From positions 50,110 through 114,109 of the forward strand of contig CAWEIS010000002.1 in assembly GCA_963809205.1 (NCBI GenBank): a DNA stretch of 64,000 nucleotides, written 5' to 3'. The position numbers were made by a program, and so were the translations under genes. The notes beneath the pieces were generated by a model. The model searched no databases and was not told the DNA's origin. It saw only the letters and a program-made list of their open reading frames with translations. This document shows, piece after piece, positions 26,986-35,976 of the stretch. Numbering within the stretch: the stretch's first letter is position 1; each line of letters opens with the position of its first letter. The stretch comes from an uncultured Actinomycetes bacterium (lineage in GTDB: Bacteria; Actinomycetota; Thermoleophilia; Gaiellales; JAICJC01).

Positions 26986-27361
26986 CGGCCGACCCAGCGC
27001 CTAGACCGTCAAGCAGGCAAGGCGGCGGTGTTGGCGTGTGATCACCCCGCACACACCAGCACGCGATTCAGCAGCGGTTACGACGTGGGCAACTGCGTGG
27101 TTACGCGAAAACGGCTTGGTTGAGCGGCATATGACCATCCTGGCGCTCCCGCGAGCGGCGTCCGCTTCGCGGCGGCGGTGGTGTCGGCTGCTTAGCGGTG
27201 GTCTGCCGGCGGGGCGGGCGTCTGGCGGGCGATGGGGAGCCCACCGCTGATCACCTGTGACGGTACGCCTGCCGCGGGAACCGTGCAACCGTTCCCAAAT
27301 CGTTCCCACCGCGGGGAATCAGCATCAGGTGATGCTCCGTGATTCCGCGTAACCATGGGAG

Positions 27362-27434
<73 letters not shown>

Positions 27435-27536
27435 GGGCGGGTCATCGTACCGACGGCCGGCAACCCGCGGGCGTCCGATTTCAAACCGCTGGGCACTCGG
27501 CAGCGTATAAGCGGTTGTACGACAGATCACACGGTT

Positions 27537-28220
27537 TTGAGCATCGCACACCACCCACCCGAACACGAGCTCTTCCAGGGACTTCTCGATGGAGACCTGG
27601 TGGCGCTGGACGAGCGCTCGACGGCGCTCACCTTCGCCAAGGGCGAGCTGATCTACTCGCCGTTCGACCGGGGTGAGTCGATCTTCCTGCTGGAGGAGGG
27701 CCGGGTGCGCATCTACCGCAGCGCCCACGACGGCCGCCAGCTGACGCTGGCGATGCTCGACCCGGGCATGTCGTTCGGCCAGGTGGCCGTGCTCGAGCAC
27801 GAGCTGCAGGACGCGTACGCGGAGGCGCTGACCGACTGCTCGGTGCGCCTGCTCACCGCCGACGCGCTGGAGCGGGCGATGGCCGAGCATCCGCGCCTCG
27901 CGCTGAACCTGATGCGCGCGCTGGCCGCCCGCCTGCGCGACGCCGAGGATCAGGTCGAGAGCCTGGCGTTCCGGCCGGTGCCGGCGCGGCTCGCGGGCAA
28001 GCTGCTGGAGCTGATGGACCGCTACGGCCGGGTGACGCCCAGCGGCATCCGGATCGACGAGCGTTTCACGCACCTCCAGCTCGCCGAGATGATCGGCACC
28101 AGCCGGGAGACGCTGACCAAGGTGCTGAACGAGCTTCGCGACGAGCATCTGATCGACGTCCGCGAACGCTTGGTGTGGGTGCTCGACGTCGACGGCCTCG
28201 AGCGCCTCAAAGGCGCCTGA
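27537..28220 (+). CDS. Crp/Fnr family transcriptional regulator
   Basis: 227 aa with a TTG start. cNMP-binding beta-barrel ([26 protein letters not shown]) and C-terminal HTH ([25 protein letters not shown]). Confidence 0.85.
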   Translation: MSIAHHPPEHELFQGLLDGDLVALDERSTALTFAKGELIYSPFDRGESIFLLEEGRVRIYRSAHDGRQLTLAMLDPGMSFGQVAVLEHELQDAYAEALTDCSVRLLTADALERAMAEHPRLALNLMRALAARLRDAEDQVESLAFRPVPARLAGKLLELMDRYGRVTPSGIRIDERFTHLQLAEMIGTSRETLTKVLNELRDEHLIDVRERLVWVLDVDGLERLKGA

Positions 28221-28276
28221 ACCGCCTCGCCTCAACTACAATCCAGGCATCGAACCTGGACGAAACGAGGCTTGCT

Positions 28277-29161
28277 GTGGCTGAGACCGGAACCATGCGC
28301 GTGAAGAGCGGGCTGGCGGAGATGCTCAAGGGCGGCGTCATCATGGACGTCACCGACGCCGCACAGGCGCGGATCGCCGAGGACGCCGGCGCGTGCGCCG
28401 TGATGGCGCTGGAGCGCGTGCCCGCCGACATCCGCCGTGACGGCGGGGTCGCACGGATGGCCGACCCGACCAAGATCCGCGAGATCCAGGAGGCCGTGAC
28501 CATCCCGGTGATGGCCAAGGCCCGGATCGGCCACTTCGTCGAGGCGCAGGTGCTACAGGCACTCGAGGTCGACTACATCGACGAGTCCGAGGTGCTGACG
28601 CCGGCCGACGAGAGCCACCACATCAACAAGTGGAACTTCACCGTCCCGTTCGTGTGCGGCGCCACCAACCTGGGCGAGGCGCTGCGGCGGATCGCCGAGG
28701 GCGCGGCGATGATCCGCTCCAAGGGCGAGGCGGGCACCGGCAATGTCGTCGAGGCGGTGCGCCACATGCGATCGATCCTCGGCGAGATGAGGCGCCTGCA
28801 GGCGATGGACGAGGACGAGCTGTACGCCGCCGCCAAGGAGCATCGCGCGCCGTACGACCTGGTCAAGCTGGTCGCCGAGCAGGGCCGCCTGCCCGTCGTC
28901 ACCTTCACCGCCGGCGGGCTGGCGACGCCGGCGGACGCTGCGATGATGATGCAGCTGGGCGCCGACGGCGTGTTCGTCGGCTCGGGCATCTTCAAGAGCG
29001 GCGACCCGGCCCAGCGCGCTGCCGCCATCGTCAAGGCGACCACCCACTACAACGACCCGCAGGTGCTGGCCGAAGTGTCGACCGGGCTCGGCGAGCCGAT
29101 GGTCGGCATCGAGATCGAGACCCTCGGCGAGGCTGGGCTGCTGCAGACGCGTGGCTGGTAG
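28277..29161 (+). CDS. pdxS: pyridoxal 5'-phosphate synthase, lyase subunit PdxS
   Basis: Highly conserved PdxS sequence: [55 protein letters not shown]... GTG at 28277 gives the usual ~294 aa length. Confidence 0.95.
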   Translation: MAETGTMRVKSGLAEMLKGGVIMDVTDAAQARIAEDAGACAVMALERVPADIRRDGGVARMADPTKIREIQEAVTIPVMAKARIGHFVEAQVLQALEVDYIDESEVLTPADESHHINKWNFTVPFVCGATNLGEALRRIAEGAAMIRSKGEAGTGNVVEAVRHMRSILGEMRRLQAMDEDELYAAAKEHRAPYDLVKLVAEQGRLPVVTFTAGGLATPADAAMMMQLGADGVFVGSGIFKSGDPAQRAAAIVKATTHYNDPQVLAEVSTGLGEPMVGIEIETLGEAGLLQTRGW

Positions 29162-29750
29162 CGTCGGCGTGCTCGCCCTCCAGGGGGCGTTTCGCGAGCA
29201 CGTTCGGGCGCTCGCCGACGTTGGGCTGGATGCGGTCGAGGTTCGCCGGGCCGACGAGCTCCCAGGACTGGCCGGACTGGTCATCCCGGGCGGCGAGTCG
29301 ACGACGATGACCAAGCTGATGGACGCCTACGGGCTGGAGGCGCCGATCCGCGACCTGCACGCCGGCGGGGCGCCGCTGTTCGGCACGTGCGCGGGGATGA
29401 TCCTGCTCTCCCGCGACGCCGTCGACGGCCTGCCCGACCAGCACTACCTCGGCCTGATCGACCTGGTCGTGCGGCGTAACGCCTTCGGCCGCCAGGTGGC
29501 CAGCTTCGAGGCGCCGATCGAGCTGGCCGGTGATCCGGAGCCGCTGACCGGCGTGTTCATCCGGGCGCCCTGGATTGAGCGAGTGGGGGAGGGCGTCGAG
29601 GTCCTGGCCGAGCACGACGGCCATCCGGTCGCAGCCCGCCAGGGCGACGTCCTGGTGACGGCGTTTCATCCTGAGCTGACGCCCGACCGGCGGCTGCACG
29701 CGCGGTTCGCCGAGATGGTGGCCCAGGCACACCGGGAGGTGGCGGCATGA
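29151..29750 (+). CDS. pdxT: pyridoxal 5'-phosphate synthase, glutaminase subunit PdxT
   Basis: [41 protein letters not shown]. The start overlaps the pdxS stop. Confidence 0.95.
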   Translation: MAGSVGVLALQGAFREHVRALADVGLDAVEVRRADELPGLAGLVIPGGESTTMTKLMDAYGLEAPIRDLHAGGAPLFGTCAGMILLSRDAVDGLPDQHYLGLIDLVVRRNAFGRQVASFEAPIELAGDPEPLTGVFIRAPWIERVGEGVEVLAEHDGHPVAARQGDVLVTAFHPELTPDRRLHARFAEMVAQAHREVAA

Positions 29751-30499
29751 GCGGTCATTCCAAATGGTCGACGATCAAGCGCAAGAAGGGCGCCGAGGAC
29801 GCGAAGCGCGGCAAGCTGTTCACGAAGCTGACGCGCGGCATCATCGTCGCCGCCAAGGAGGGCGGCCCCGATCCCGAGTCGAACGCGCCGCTGGCCACCG
29901 CGATCGCGAAGGCCCGGTCGTACTCGATGCCGAAGGAGAACATCGAGCGCGCCATCGGCCGTGCGACGGGCGGCGGCGACGGCTCCGACGCGTACGAGTC
30001 GATCACCTACGAGGGCTACGGCCCGGAGGGCGTCGCCATCATCGTCGAAGCCCTCAGCGACAACCGCAACCGCACGGCGGCCGACGTCCGCAGCATCTTC
30101 ACCAAGCACAACTCGAGCCTCGGCGAGCCGGGCTCGGTGGCCTGGCAATTCGAGCGCAAGGGCGTCGTCATGCTGCCGGCCGGCGGCATCGCCGAGGACG
30201 ACGTCATGCTGACCGCCGCGGACGCCGGCGCCGAGGACGTGGTCGAGGAGGGCGAGTACTGGCGCGTCACCACGGACGCGGCCGACCTCGCCGTCGTCCG
30301 CGAGGCGCTGGAGTCTGCGGAGCTGCCGATCGAGTCGGCCGAGCTGACCATGGTGCCGAAGTCCACCGTCGAGCTCGATGAGGACGCCGCGCGCAAGCTG
30401 CTGCGCCTGATCGATGCCCTCGAGGACAACGACGACGTCCAGGACGTCTACGCGAACTTCGACATCTCGGACGCAGTGCTGGAGGCGGTCGCCGGCTAG
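29747..30499 (+). CDS. YebC/PmpR family DNA-binding transcriptional regulator
   Basis: [28 protein letters not shown].. is the canonical YebC N-terminus. 250 aa. 4-nt overlap with pdxT. Confidence 0.95.
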   Translation: MSGHSKWSTIKRKKGAEDAKRGKLFTKLTRGIIVAAKEGGPDPESNAPLATAIAKARSYSMPKENIERAIGRATGGGDGSDAYESITYEGYGPEGVAIIVEALSDNRNRTAADVRSIFTKHNSSLGEPGSVAWQFERKGVVMLPAGGIAEDDVMLTAADAGAEDVVEEGEYWRVTTDAADLAVVREALESAELPIESAELTMVPKSTVELDEDAARKLLRLIDALEDNDDVQDVYANFDISDAVLEAVAG

Positions 30500-30506
30500 A
30501 GGTTGA

Positions 30507-31274
30507 TCAGTGCGGCGCGCCGGTGGCGGCCGGCGCGTCGGTCTGCTCGGGCATCTCCGGGCGGTGCTTGAGCACGTAGCGCACGGCCAGGTACAACCCT
30601 GCGACGCCGGCGATCACCAGGGCGATCGTCCCCAGGGCGCCGCTGGAGCTGCCGAACCAGTCGACCAGCCGCTGCACCGATCTCGAGAAGGTGTAGCCGA
30701 GCAGGCCAACGGTGACCGCCCAGATGGCGGCGCCGATCCCGTCCGCGACGATGTAGCGGATCAGCGACATCTCGGTGGAGCCGCTGATGATCGCCACCTT
30801 GGTGCGGATACCGGCGATCAGCCGCGACACGACGACGGCGCGGGTGCCGTACTGCCTCATGAACTGGTGCACGGACGAGTCCTCGTGGACGCCGAAGCGG
30901 TGCAGGATCCGCGGGCCGGCGACTCGGCCGATGAGGAAGGCGCAGGCATCGCCGAGCACGGCGAACGACCACGCGACGGCGATCACCAGCGGCAGGCTGA
31001 AGTGCGAGCTGGCCGCCGCGGCGCCGGCGGACGCCAGCAGCAGCACGATCTCACCGGACGAGGGCAGGCCGAAGCTGTCGCCGAACGCACCGATGGCGAC
31101 GCCCAGGTAGCCGTAGTCGTTGATCAGCGCGGACGCCTTCGGCGTATCCACCGACTTGAAGACCAGCACCAGCACGCCGGCGGCGGCGCCCAGCGCGGCG
31201 GCAAGCGCCGCCAGCCGCACCACGGGCGGCACCCACCAGCGACCTGACTGCGCGGCGTCCATACGCCCGGCCAT
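30507..31274 (-). CDS. DedA family membrane protein
   Basis: Multi-TM protein with the DedA/SNARE-associated core: YLGVAIGAFGDSFGLPSSGEIVLLLAS..FLIGRVAGPRIL.. Confidence 0.8.
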   Translation of the reverse strand: MAGRMDAAQSGRWWVPPVVRLAALAAALGAAAGVLVLVFKSVDTPKASALINDYGYLGVAIGAFGDSFGLPSSGEIVLLLASAGAAAASSHFSLPLVIAVAWSFAVLGDACAFLIGRVAGPRILHRFGVHEDSSVHQFMRQYGTRAVVVSRLIAGIRTKVAIISGSTEMSLIRYIVADGIGAAIWAVTVGLLGYTFSRSVQRLVDWFGSSSGALGTIALVIAGVAGLYLAVRYVLKHRPEMPEQTDAPAATGAPH

Positions 31275-31359
31275 GCTACCGGGGGCGTGTTCGAGCCCGG
31301 TTGCGAGGCAAACGCGTGTTCGCTCGACGTCCGCCTTCGCCGGTAGACTGACGCCTCAG

Positions 31360-31860
31360 ATGAGGGTGCTCGGCATCGATCCAGGCACGGCCGCGACAGG
31401 CTACGGCGTGGTCGACGCCGAGGGCTCGCGGATGCGGGCGGTCGAGCGCGGCGTGATCACCACCCCGTCGCGGCAGCCGCTCGAGCAGCGGCTGGCCGAG
31501 ATCCATGCCCGGGTCGCCGAGCTGATCGGCCGGCTGGCGCCCGACTCGGTGGCGCTCGAGGATCTCTACATCGGCGGCAACCCGCGCACGGTGCTGTCCG
31601 TCGGTCACGCCCGCGGCGCGGTGCTCGTCGCCTGCGGCTCGGCGGGGCTGTCGACCGTCGGCTATCCGCCCGCCGAGGTCAAGTCCAGCGTGTGCGGTTT
31701 CGGCCGCGCCGACAAGCTGCAGGTGCAGCGGATGGTCGGCGCGATGCTGGCGATCGACCTGAGCGGCGATCCCGATCACGCCACGGACGCCCTGGGCGTG
31801 GCCATCTGCCACGCCGTGCGGTCGGCCGGCGCCGGGCGGCTGCAGGCGGCCGCCCGGTGA
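31360..31860 (+). CDS. ruvC: crossover junction endodeoxyribonuclease RuvC
   Basis: [19 protein letters not shown]..; 166 aa. The upstream part of ORF 31120..31860 is antisense to dedA. Confidence 0.95.
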   Translation: MRVLGIDPGTAATGYGVVDAEGSRMRAVERGVITTPSRQPLEQRLAEIHARVAELIGRLAPDSVALEDLYIGGNPRTVLSVGHARGAVLVACGSAGLSTVGYPPAEVKSSVCGFGRADKLQVQRMVGAMLAIDLSGDPDHATDALGVAICHAVRSAGAGRLQAAAR

Positions 31861-32432
31861 TCGCGTCACTCCGCGGCACGGTGCTGGAGCGGCGCGCCGG
31901 CCAGGTCGTGCTGGACGTCGGCGGCGTCGGCTATCTGCTGCAGACGACCTCGTCGGCGGCGCGGATGTCGGTGCCCGGCGAGGAGGTCACGCTGGTCACC
32001 CACCTGAACGTGCGCGAGGACGCGCTGACGCTGTACGGCTTCGCCGAGTCGGCCGAGCGGGCGATGTTCGAGCTGCTGCTGGGCGTCTCCGGCGTGGGGC
32101 CCAAGGCGGCGCTGGCGATCATCTCCGGCTACGCGCCCGACCAGGTGCGGCGGGCGATCGCGACGTCAGACCACGCCCTGTTCACGAGCGTCTCCGGGGT
32201 CGGCAAGCGCACCGCCGAGCGCGTGGTGATCGACCTCAAGGACAAGATCGGCGCGCTGCCTGCGGCCGAGGAGCCGGCCCCGTCGGCGCCGGCAGGCGGC
32301 CACACCGCTGCACGCGATGCGCTGGTCGGGCTGGGCATGTCCGTCGGCGAGGCCGAGGCGGCGCTGCGCGACGTCGACGAGGAGCTTCCGGTCGAGGAGC
32401 GAATCCGGCTGGCACTGGCAGGCGCAGTATGA
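31857..32432 (+). CDS. ruvA: Holliday junction branch migration complex subunit RuvA
   Basis: GTG within a GTGA overlap with the ruvC stop. [43 protein letters not shown].. Confidence 0.95.
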   Translation: MIASLRGTVLERRAGQVVLDVGGVGYLLQTTSSAARMSVPGEEVTLVTHLNVREDALTLYGFAESAERAMFELLLGVSGVGPKAALAIISGYAPDQVRRAIATSDHALFTSVSGVGKRTAERVVIDLKDKIGALPAAEEPAPSAPAGGHTAARDALVGLGMSVGEAEAALRDVDEELPVEERIRLALAGAV

Positions 32433-33454
32433 GCACGCAGGCAGACCGCATCCCCGATCCGATGCTCGCCCCCGGCGAGGAGGAGCTCGACCGCACGCTG
32501 CGGCCGCAGCGGCTGGCGGAGTTCGTCGGCCAGGACGGGGTCAAGGAGCAGCTGGAGATCTTCATCGCCGCCGCCAAGGCGCGCAACGAGCCCTGCGAGC
32601 ACGTCCTGCTGGCCGGCCCGCCGGGGCTCGGCAAGACGTCGCTGGCCGGGATCATCGCCGCCGAGATGGGCTCGGTGCTGCGCGTGATGTCCGGCCCGGC
32701 GGTCGACCGCAAGGCGGACATGGCGTCGATCCTGACGGCGCTCGAGCCCAGCGACGTGCTGTTCATCGACGAGATCCACCGCCTCAACCGGGCGATCGAG
32801 GAACTGCTCTATCCGGCGATGGAGGACGGCTGCATCGACATCGTGATCGGCCAGGGCCCGGGGGCACACTCGATCCGCCTCGACCTTGCGCCGTTCACGC
32901 TGGTCGGAGCGACCACCCGCACCGGCCTGCTGACCACGCCACTCCGCGACCGGTTCGGGATCACACACCGGCTCGACCACTACCGGCCGGACGAGATCGA
33001 GCTGATCGTCCGCCGCTCGGCTCGGATCCTGGGCGTCGAGATCGACGAGGCGGGGTGTACCGAGATCGCCCAGCGCTCGCGCGGTACGCCGCGGATCGCC
33101 AACCGCATCCTGCGGCGCGTCCGCGACTATGCCCAGGTGCGGCGCGAGGGCGCGATCGACGGCGAGGTGGCGCTGGAGGCGCTCGACCTGTTCGAGGTCG
33201 ACCGCGCCGGCCTGGAGCGGATCGACCGCGAGATCCTCCGCGCCGTCGCCGTCACCTTCGAGGGCGGGCCGGTCGGGCTGTCGACGCTGGCGGTGGCGAT
33301 CGGCGAGGAGACGGACACGCTCGAGGACGTCTACGAGCCCTACCTGCTGCAGCTCGGGCTGCTCAAGCGGACGCCCCGCGGCCGGGTCGTCACGGCGGCC
33401 GCGTACGCGCATCTGGGGCTGCCCGCCCCGGCACGCGACCCGCGCCTGTTCTGA
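32429..33454 (+). CDS. ruvB: Holliday junction branch migration DNA helicase RuvB
   Basis: [35 protein letters not shown]..; 341 aa. 4-nt overlap with ruvA. Confidence 0.97.
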   Translation: MSTQADRIPDPMLAPGEEELDRTLRPQRLAEFVGQDGVKEQLEIFIAAAKARNEPCEHVLLAGPPGLGKTSLAGIIAAEMGSVLRVMSGPAVDRKADMASILTALEPSDVLFIDEIHRLNRAIEELLYPAMEDGCIDIVIGQGPGAHSIRLDLAPFTLVGATTRTGLLTTPLRDRFGITHRLDHYRPDEIELIVRRSARILGVEIDEAGCTEIAQRSRGTPRIANRILRRVRDYAQVRREGAIDGEVALEALDLFEVDRAGLERIDREILRAVAVTFEGGPVGLSTLAVAIGEETDTLEDVYEPYLLQLGLLKRTPRGRVVTAAAYAHLGLPAPARDPRLF

Positions 33455-33468
33455 CAGACTTCCGCCGG

Positions 33469-33864
33469 ATGGTGCTGACGGCGCTGCGCAACCACCGCCA
33501 GTGGGTGATGCTGATCGCGCTGGCGGCCGTCGTGCTGGCGGTCGCCGCGGTGATCAGCCTGCGGCTGGTCGAGAAGGTGTCGAAGGGGCCGGCGTTCCAG
33601 GCGTCGGCGACCTTCCTGCGCGCCAACCCGATCGCGCGCCAGCAGCTCGGCGTCGTCTCGGGGTTCGGTGTCGGCGTCGCCGGCGACGTCACGGAGGAGG
33701 GAGGCGGCGGGTCGGCGCATCTCAGCTTCCAGGTGCTCGGCTCCTGGCGCAACGGCCGGGCGTCGATCACGGCGGTCAAGCGCCACGACCGGTGGTGGGT
33801 ATCCCAGGCGACGTTGGATGTCGACGGGCAGACGTTCGACCTGCCCGCGCCCGTGATTCCCTGA
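33469..33864 (+). CDS. small membrane-anchored hypothetical protein (possibly Coa1-like)
   Basis: MVLTALRNHRQWVMLIALAAVVLAVAAVISL forms a single TM segment, followed by a soluble domain (..SAHLSFQVLGSWRNGRASITAVKRHDRWWVSQATLDV..). The stop overlaps the queA start. Confidence 0.5.
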   Translation: MVLTALRNHRQWVMLIALAAVVLAVAAVISLRLVEKVSKGPAFQASATFLRANPIARQQLGVVSGFGVGVAGDVTEEGGGGSAHLSFQVLGSWRNGRASITAVKRHDRWWVSQATLDVDGQTFDLPAPVIP

Positions 33865-34868
33865 TGCGCACGGACGAGCTCGACTACGAGCTGCCGCCCG
33901 GCCTGATCGCGCAGCACCCGGCGTCGCCCAGGGACAGCGCCCGGCTGCTGGTCTCCGACCGCGGCGCCCCGATCCGCCATCGCACGTTCTCCGACCTGCC
34001 AAACGAGCTGTGGGACGAGGATCTGGTCGTGATCAACGACACCCGGGTGCTGCCCGCGAGGGTGCGCGCCCGGCGGGCCACCGGCGGTTCGGCCGAAGTG
34101 CTGCTGCTGGAGCCGGCCGGCGACGGCTGCTGGCAGGCGCTCGTGCGCCCGTACCGCAGGCTGCGCGACGGCGAGCGGCTGTCGGCCGGCGCGCTGGAGA
34201 TCGAGATCGTCGAGCACCTGGGGGAGGGCCGGGCGGTCGTCCGGCCGGCGGCCGAGGAGTCGCTCGAGGAGGCGCTGCGCGCGGCGGGCGAGATGCCGCT
34301 GCCGCCCTACATCACCGAGCCGCTGGCCGATCCAGACGAGTACCAGACCGTCTACGCGCGCGACCCGGGCTCATCAGCGGCGCCGACGGCGGGGCTGCAC
34401 TTCACACCGGAGCTGCTGGAGCGGCTGCGCCGATCGCACGAGGTCGTGTCGGTCACGCTGGACGTCGGGCTCGACACGTTCCGGCCGGTGGCCGAGGACG
34501 ACCTCGACAGCCACCGCATCCACACCGAGAGCTATCGGGTCGATCCGGCGGCCGCAAAGTCGATCCGCGGAGCGCTGGACGCCGGCCGCCGCGTGGTCGC
34601 CGTCGGCACGACCACGGTGCGTGTGCTGGAGACGGTGTTCGGCGAGCATGCGGGGCCGCTGGAGGGACGCACCGGGCTGATGATCCAGCCCGGACACCGC
34701 TTCCGCGCCGTCGACGTCATGCTGACCAACTTCCACCTTCCGCGATCGACCCTGCTGGCGCTGGTGATGGCGTTCGCAGGGGTCGAGCGGACGCGCGAGA
34801 TCTACCGCACGGCGATCGCCGAGCGGTACCGCTTCTACAGCTTCGGGGACGCATGCCTGCTGACGTGA
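33864..34868 (+). CDS. queA: tRNA preQ1(34) S-adenosylmethionine ribosyltransferase-isomerase QueA
   Basis: MRTDELDYELPPGLIAQHPASPRDSARLLV..TNFHLPRSTLLALVMAFAG..; 334 aa. Confidence 0.95.
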   Translation: MRTDELDYELPPGLIAQHPASPRDSARLLVSDRGAPIRHRTFSDLPNELWDEDLVVINDTRVLPARVRARRATGGSAEVLLLEPAGDGCWQALVRPYRRLRDGERLSAGALEIEIVEHLGEGRAVVRPAAEESLEEALRAAGEMPLPPYITEPLADPDEYQTVYARDPGSSAAPTAGLHFTPELLERLRRSHEVVSVTLDVGLDTFRPVAEDDLDSHRIHTESYRVDPAAAKSIRGALDAGRRVVAVGTTTVRVLETVFGEHAGPLEGRTGLMIQPGHRFRAVDVMLTNFHLPRSTLLALVMAFAGVERTREIYRTAIAERYRFYSFGDACLLT

Positions 34869-35959
34869 TCGGATCCTTCGACCTCGTGGCCACGGACGGC
34901 GACGCCCGGGCGGGTGTGCTGCACACCGCGCACGGGCCGCTGGCCACGCCGGCGTTCATGCCGGTCGGCACCAAGGCGACCGTTAAGGCGATGCTCCCGG
35001 CCGAGCTGCGCGCGCTGGGCGCCGGGATCCTGCTGGGCAACACCTACCACCTGCACTTCCGGCCCGGCGAGGAGCTGATCGCCGAGCTCGGCGGACTGCA
35101 CAGCTTCATGGCGTGGGACGGGCCGATCCTCACCGACTCGGGCGGCTTCCAGGTGTTCTCGCTGCGGCACACCGCCGACCGCGTTGACGACGACGGCGTC
35201 TGGTTCAGGTCGGTGTACGACGGCAGCAGGCACCGGTTCACGCCGGAGCTGGCGATGGCGGTGCAGCGCAGCCTGGGTTCGGACATCGCGATGGCGTTCG
35301 ACGAGTGCACGCGGGCGGACGTCGAGCCGGCCGAACTGGCGGCGGCCGTCCGCCGCACCTCGCTCTGGGCGCGCCGCTCGCGGGAGGCCGAGATGGCGCC
35401 CGGGCAGCTGGTGTTCGGGATCTCCCAGGGCGCCACCGACATGGTGCTGCGCGAGCGCAGCGTCGCCGACATCCTCGACATCGGGTTCGACGGCTACGCG
35501 ATCGGCGGGCTGTCGGTGGGCGAGGAACGCAGCGAGATGCTGCGTACCGTCTCCGCCACCACGGCCATGATGCCTCCCGACCGGCCCCGCTACTTCATGG
35601 GGATCGGCGACCCGGAGGGCGTGGTCGAGATGATCTCGCGCGGCGTGGACATGTTCGACTGCGTGCTGCCCACGCGGCTCGGCCGCACCGGCGCAGCGCT
35701 GGTTCCCGGCGGGCGGATCAACCTGCGCAACGCCCGCTTCGCGCGGGACCAGGCGCCGCTGGTCGAGGGCTGCACGTGCCCGGCCTGCACGACCTTCTCC
35801 CGGGCGTACATCAGGCACCTGATCACGCAGGAGGAAATCGTCGGGTTGCGGTTGCTGACCCTGCACAACCTGCATACCGTGATCGCACTCACGCAAACCG
35901 CTCGCGAGTCGATCATTGCAGGAAGGTTCGCGGCGTTCCGCGAATCTGAGCCCTGCTGA
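34853..35959 (+). CDS. tgt: tRNA-guanine transglycosylase Tgt
   Basis: ..TPAFMPVGTKATVKA..TDSGGFQVFSL..GLSVGE..CTCPACTTFSRAYIRHL..; 368 aa. Overlaps the queA 3' end. Confidence 0.95.
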   Translation: MPADVIGSFDLVATDGDARAGVLHTAHGPLATPAFMPVGTKATVKAMLPAELRALGAGILLGNTYHLHFRPGEELIAELGGLHSFMAWDGPILTDSGGFQVFSLRHTADRVDDDGVWFRSVYDGSRHRFTPELAMAVQRSLGSDIAMAFDECTRADVEPAELAAAVRRTSLWARRSREAEMAPGQLVFGISQGATDMVLRERSVADILDIGFDGYAIGGLSVGEERSEMLRTVSATTAMMPPDRPRYFMGIGDPEGVVEMISRGVDMFDCVLPTRLGRTGAALVPGGRINLRNARFARDQAPLVEGCTCPACTTFSRAYIRHLITQEEIVGLRLLTLHNLHTVIALTQTARESIIAGRFAAFRESEPC

Positions 35960-35976
35960 CTATCCTTCGATGGTTC

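Noticed and set aside
27030-27060. GTGTGATCACCCCGCACAC as a Crp/Fnr operator near the Crp-family gene
   Set aside because: It contains the palindrome GTGATCAC and TGTG..CACA ends. It does not fit the TGTGA-N6-TCACA spacing, and it lies about 480 nt from the regulator gene on the far side of the tRNA.
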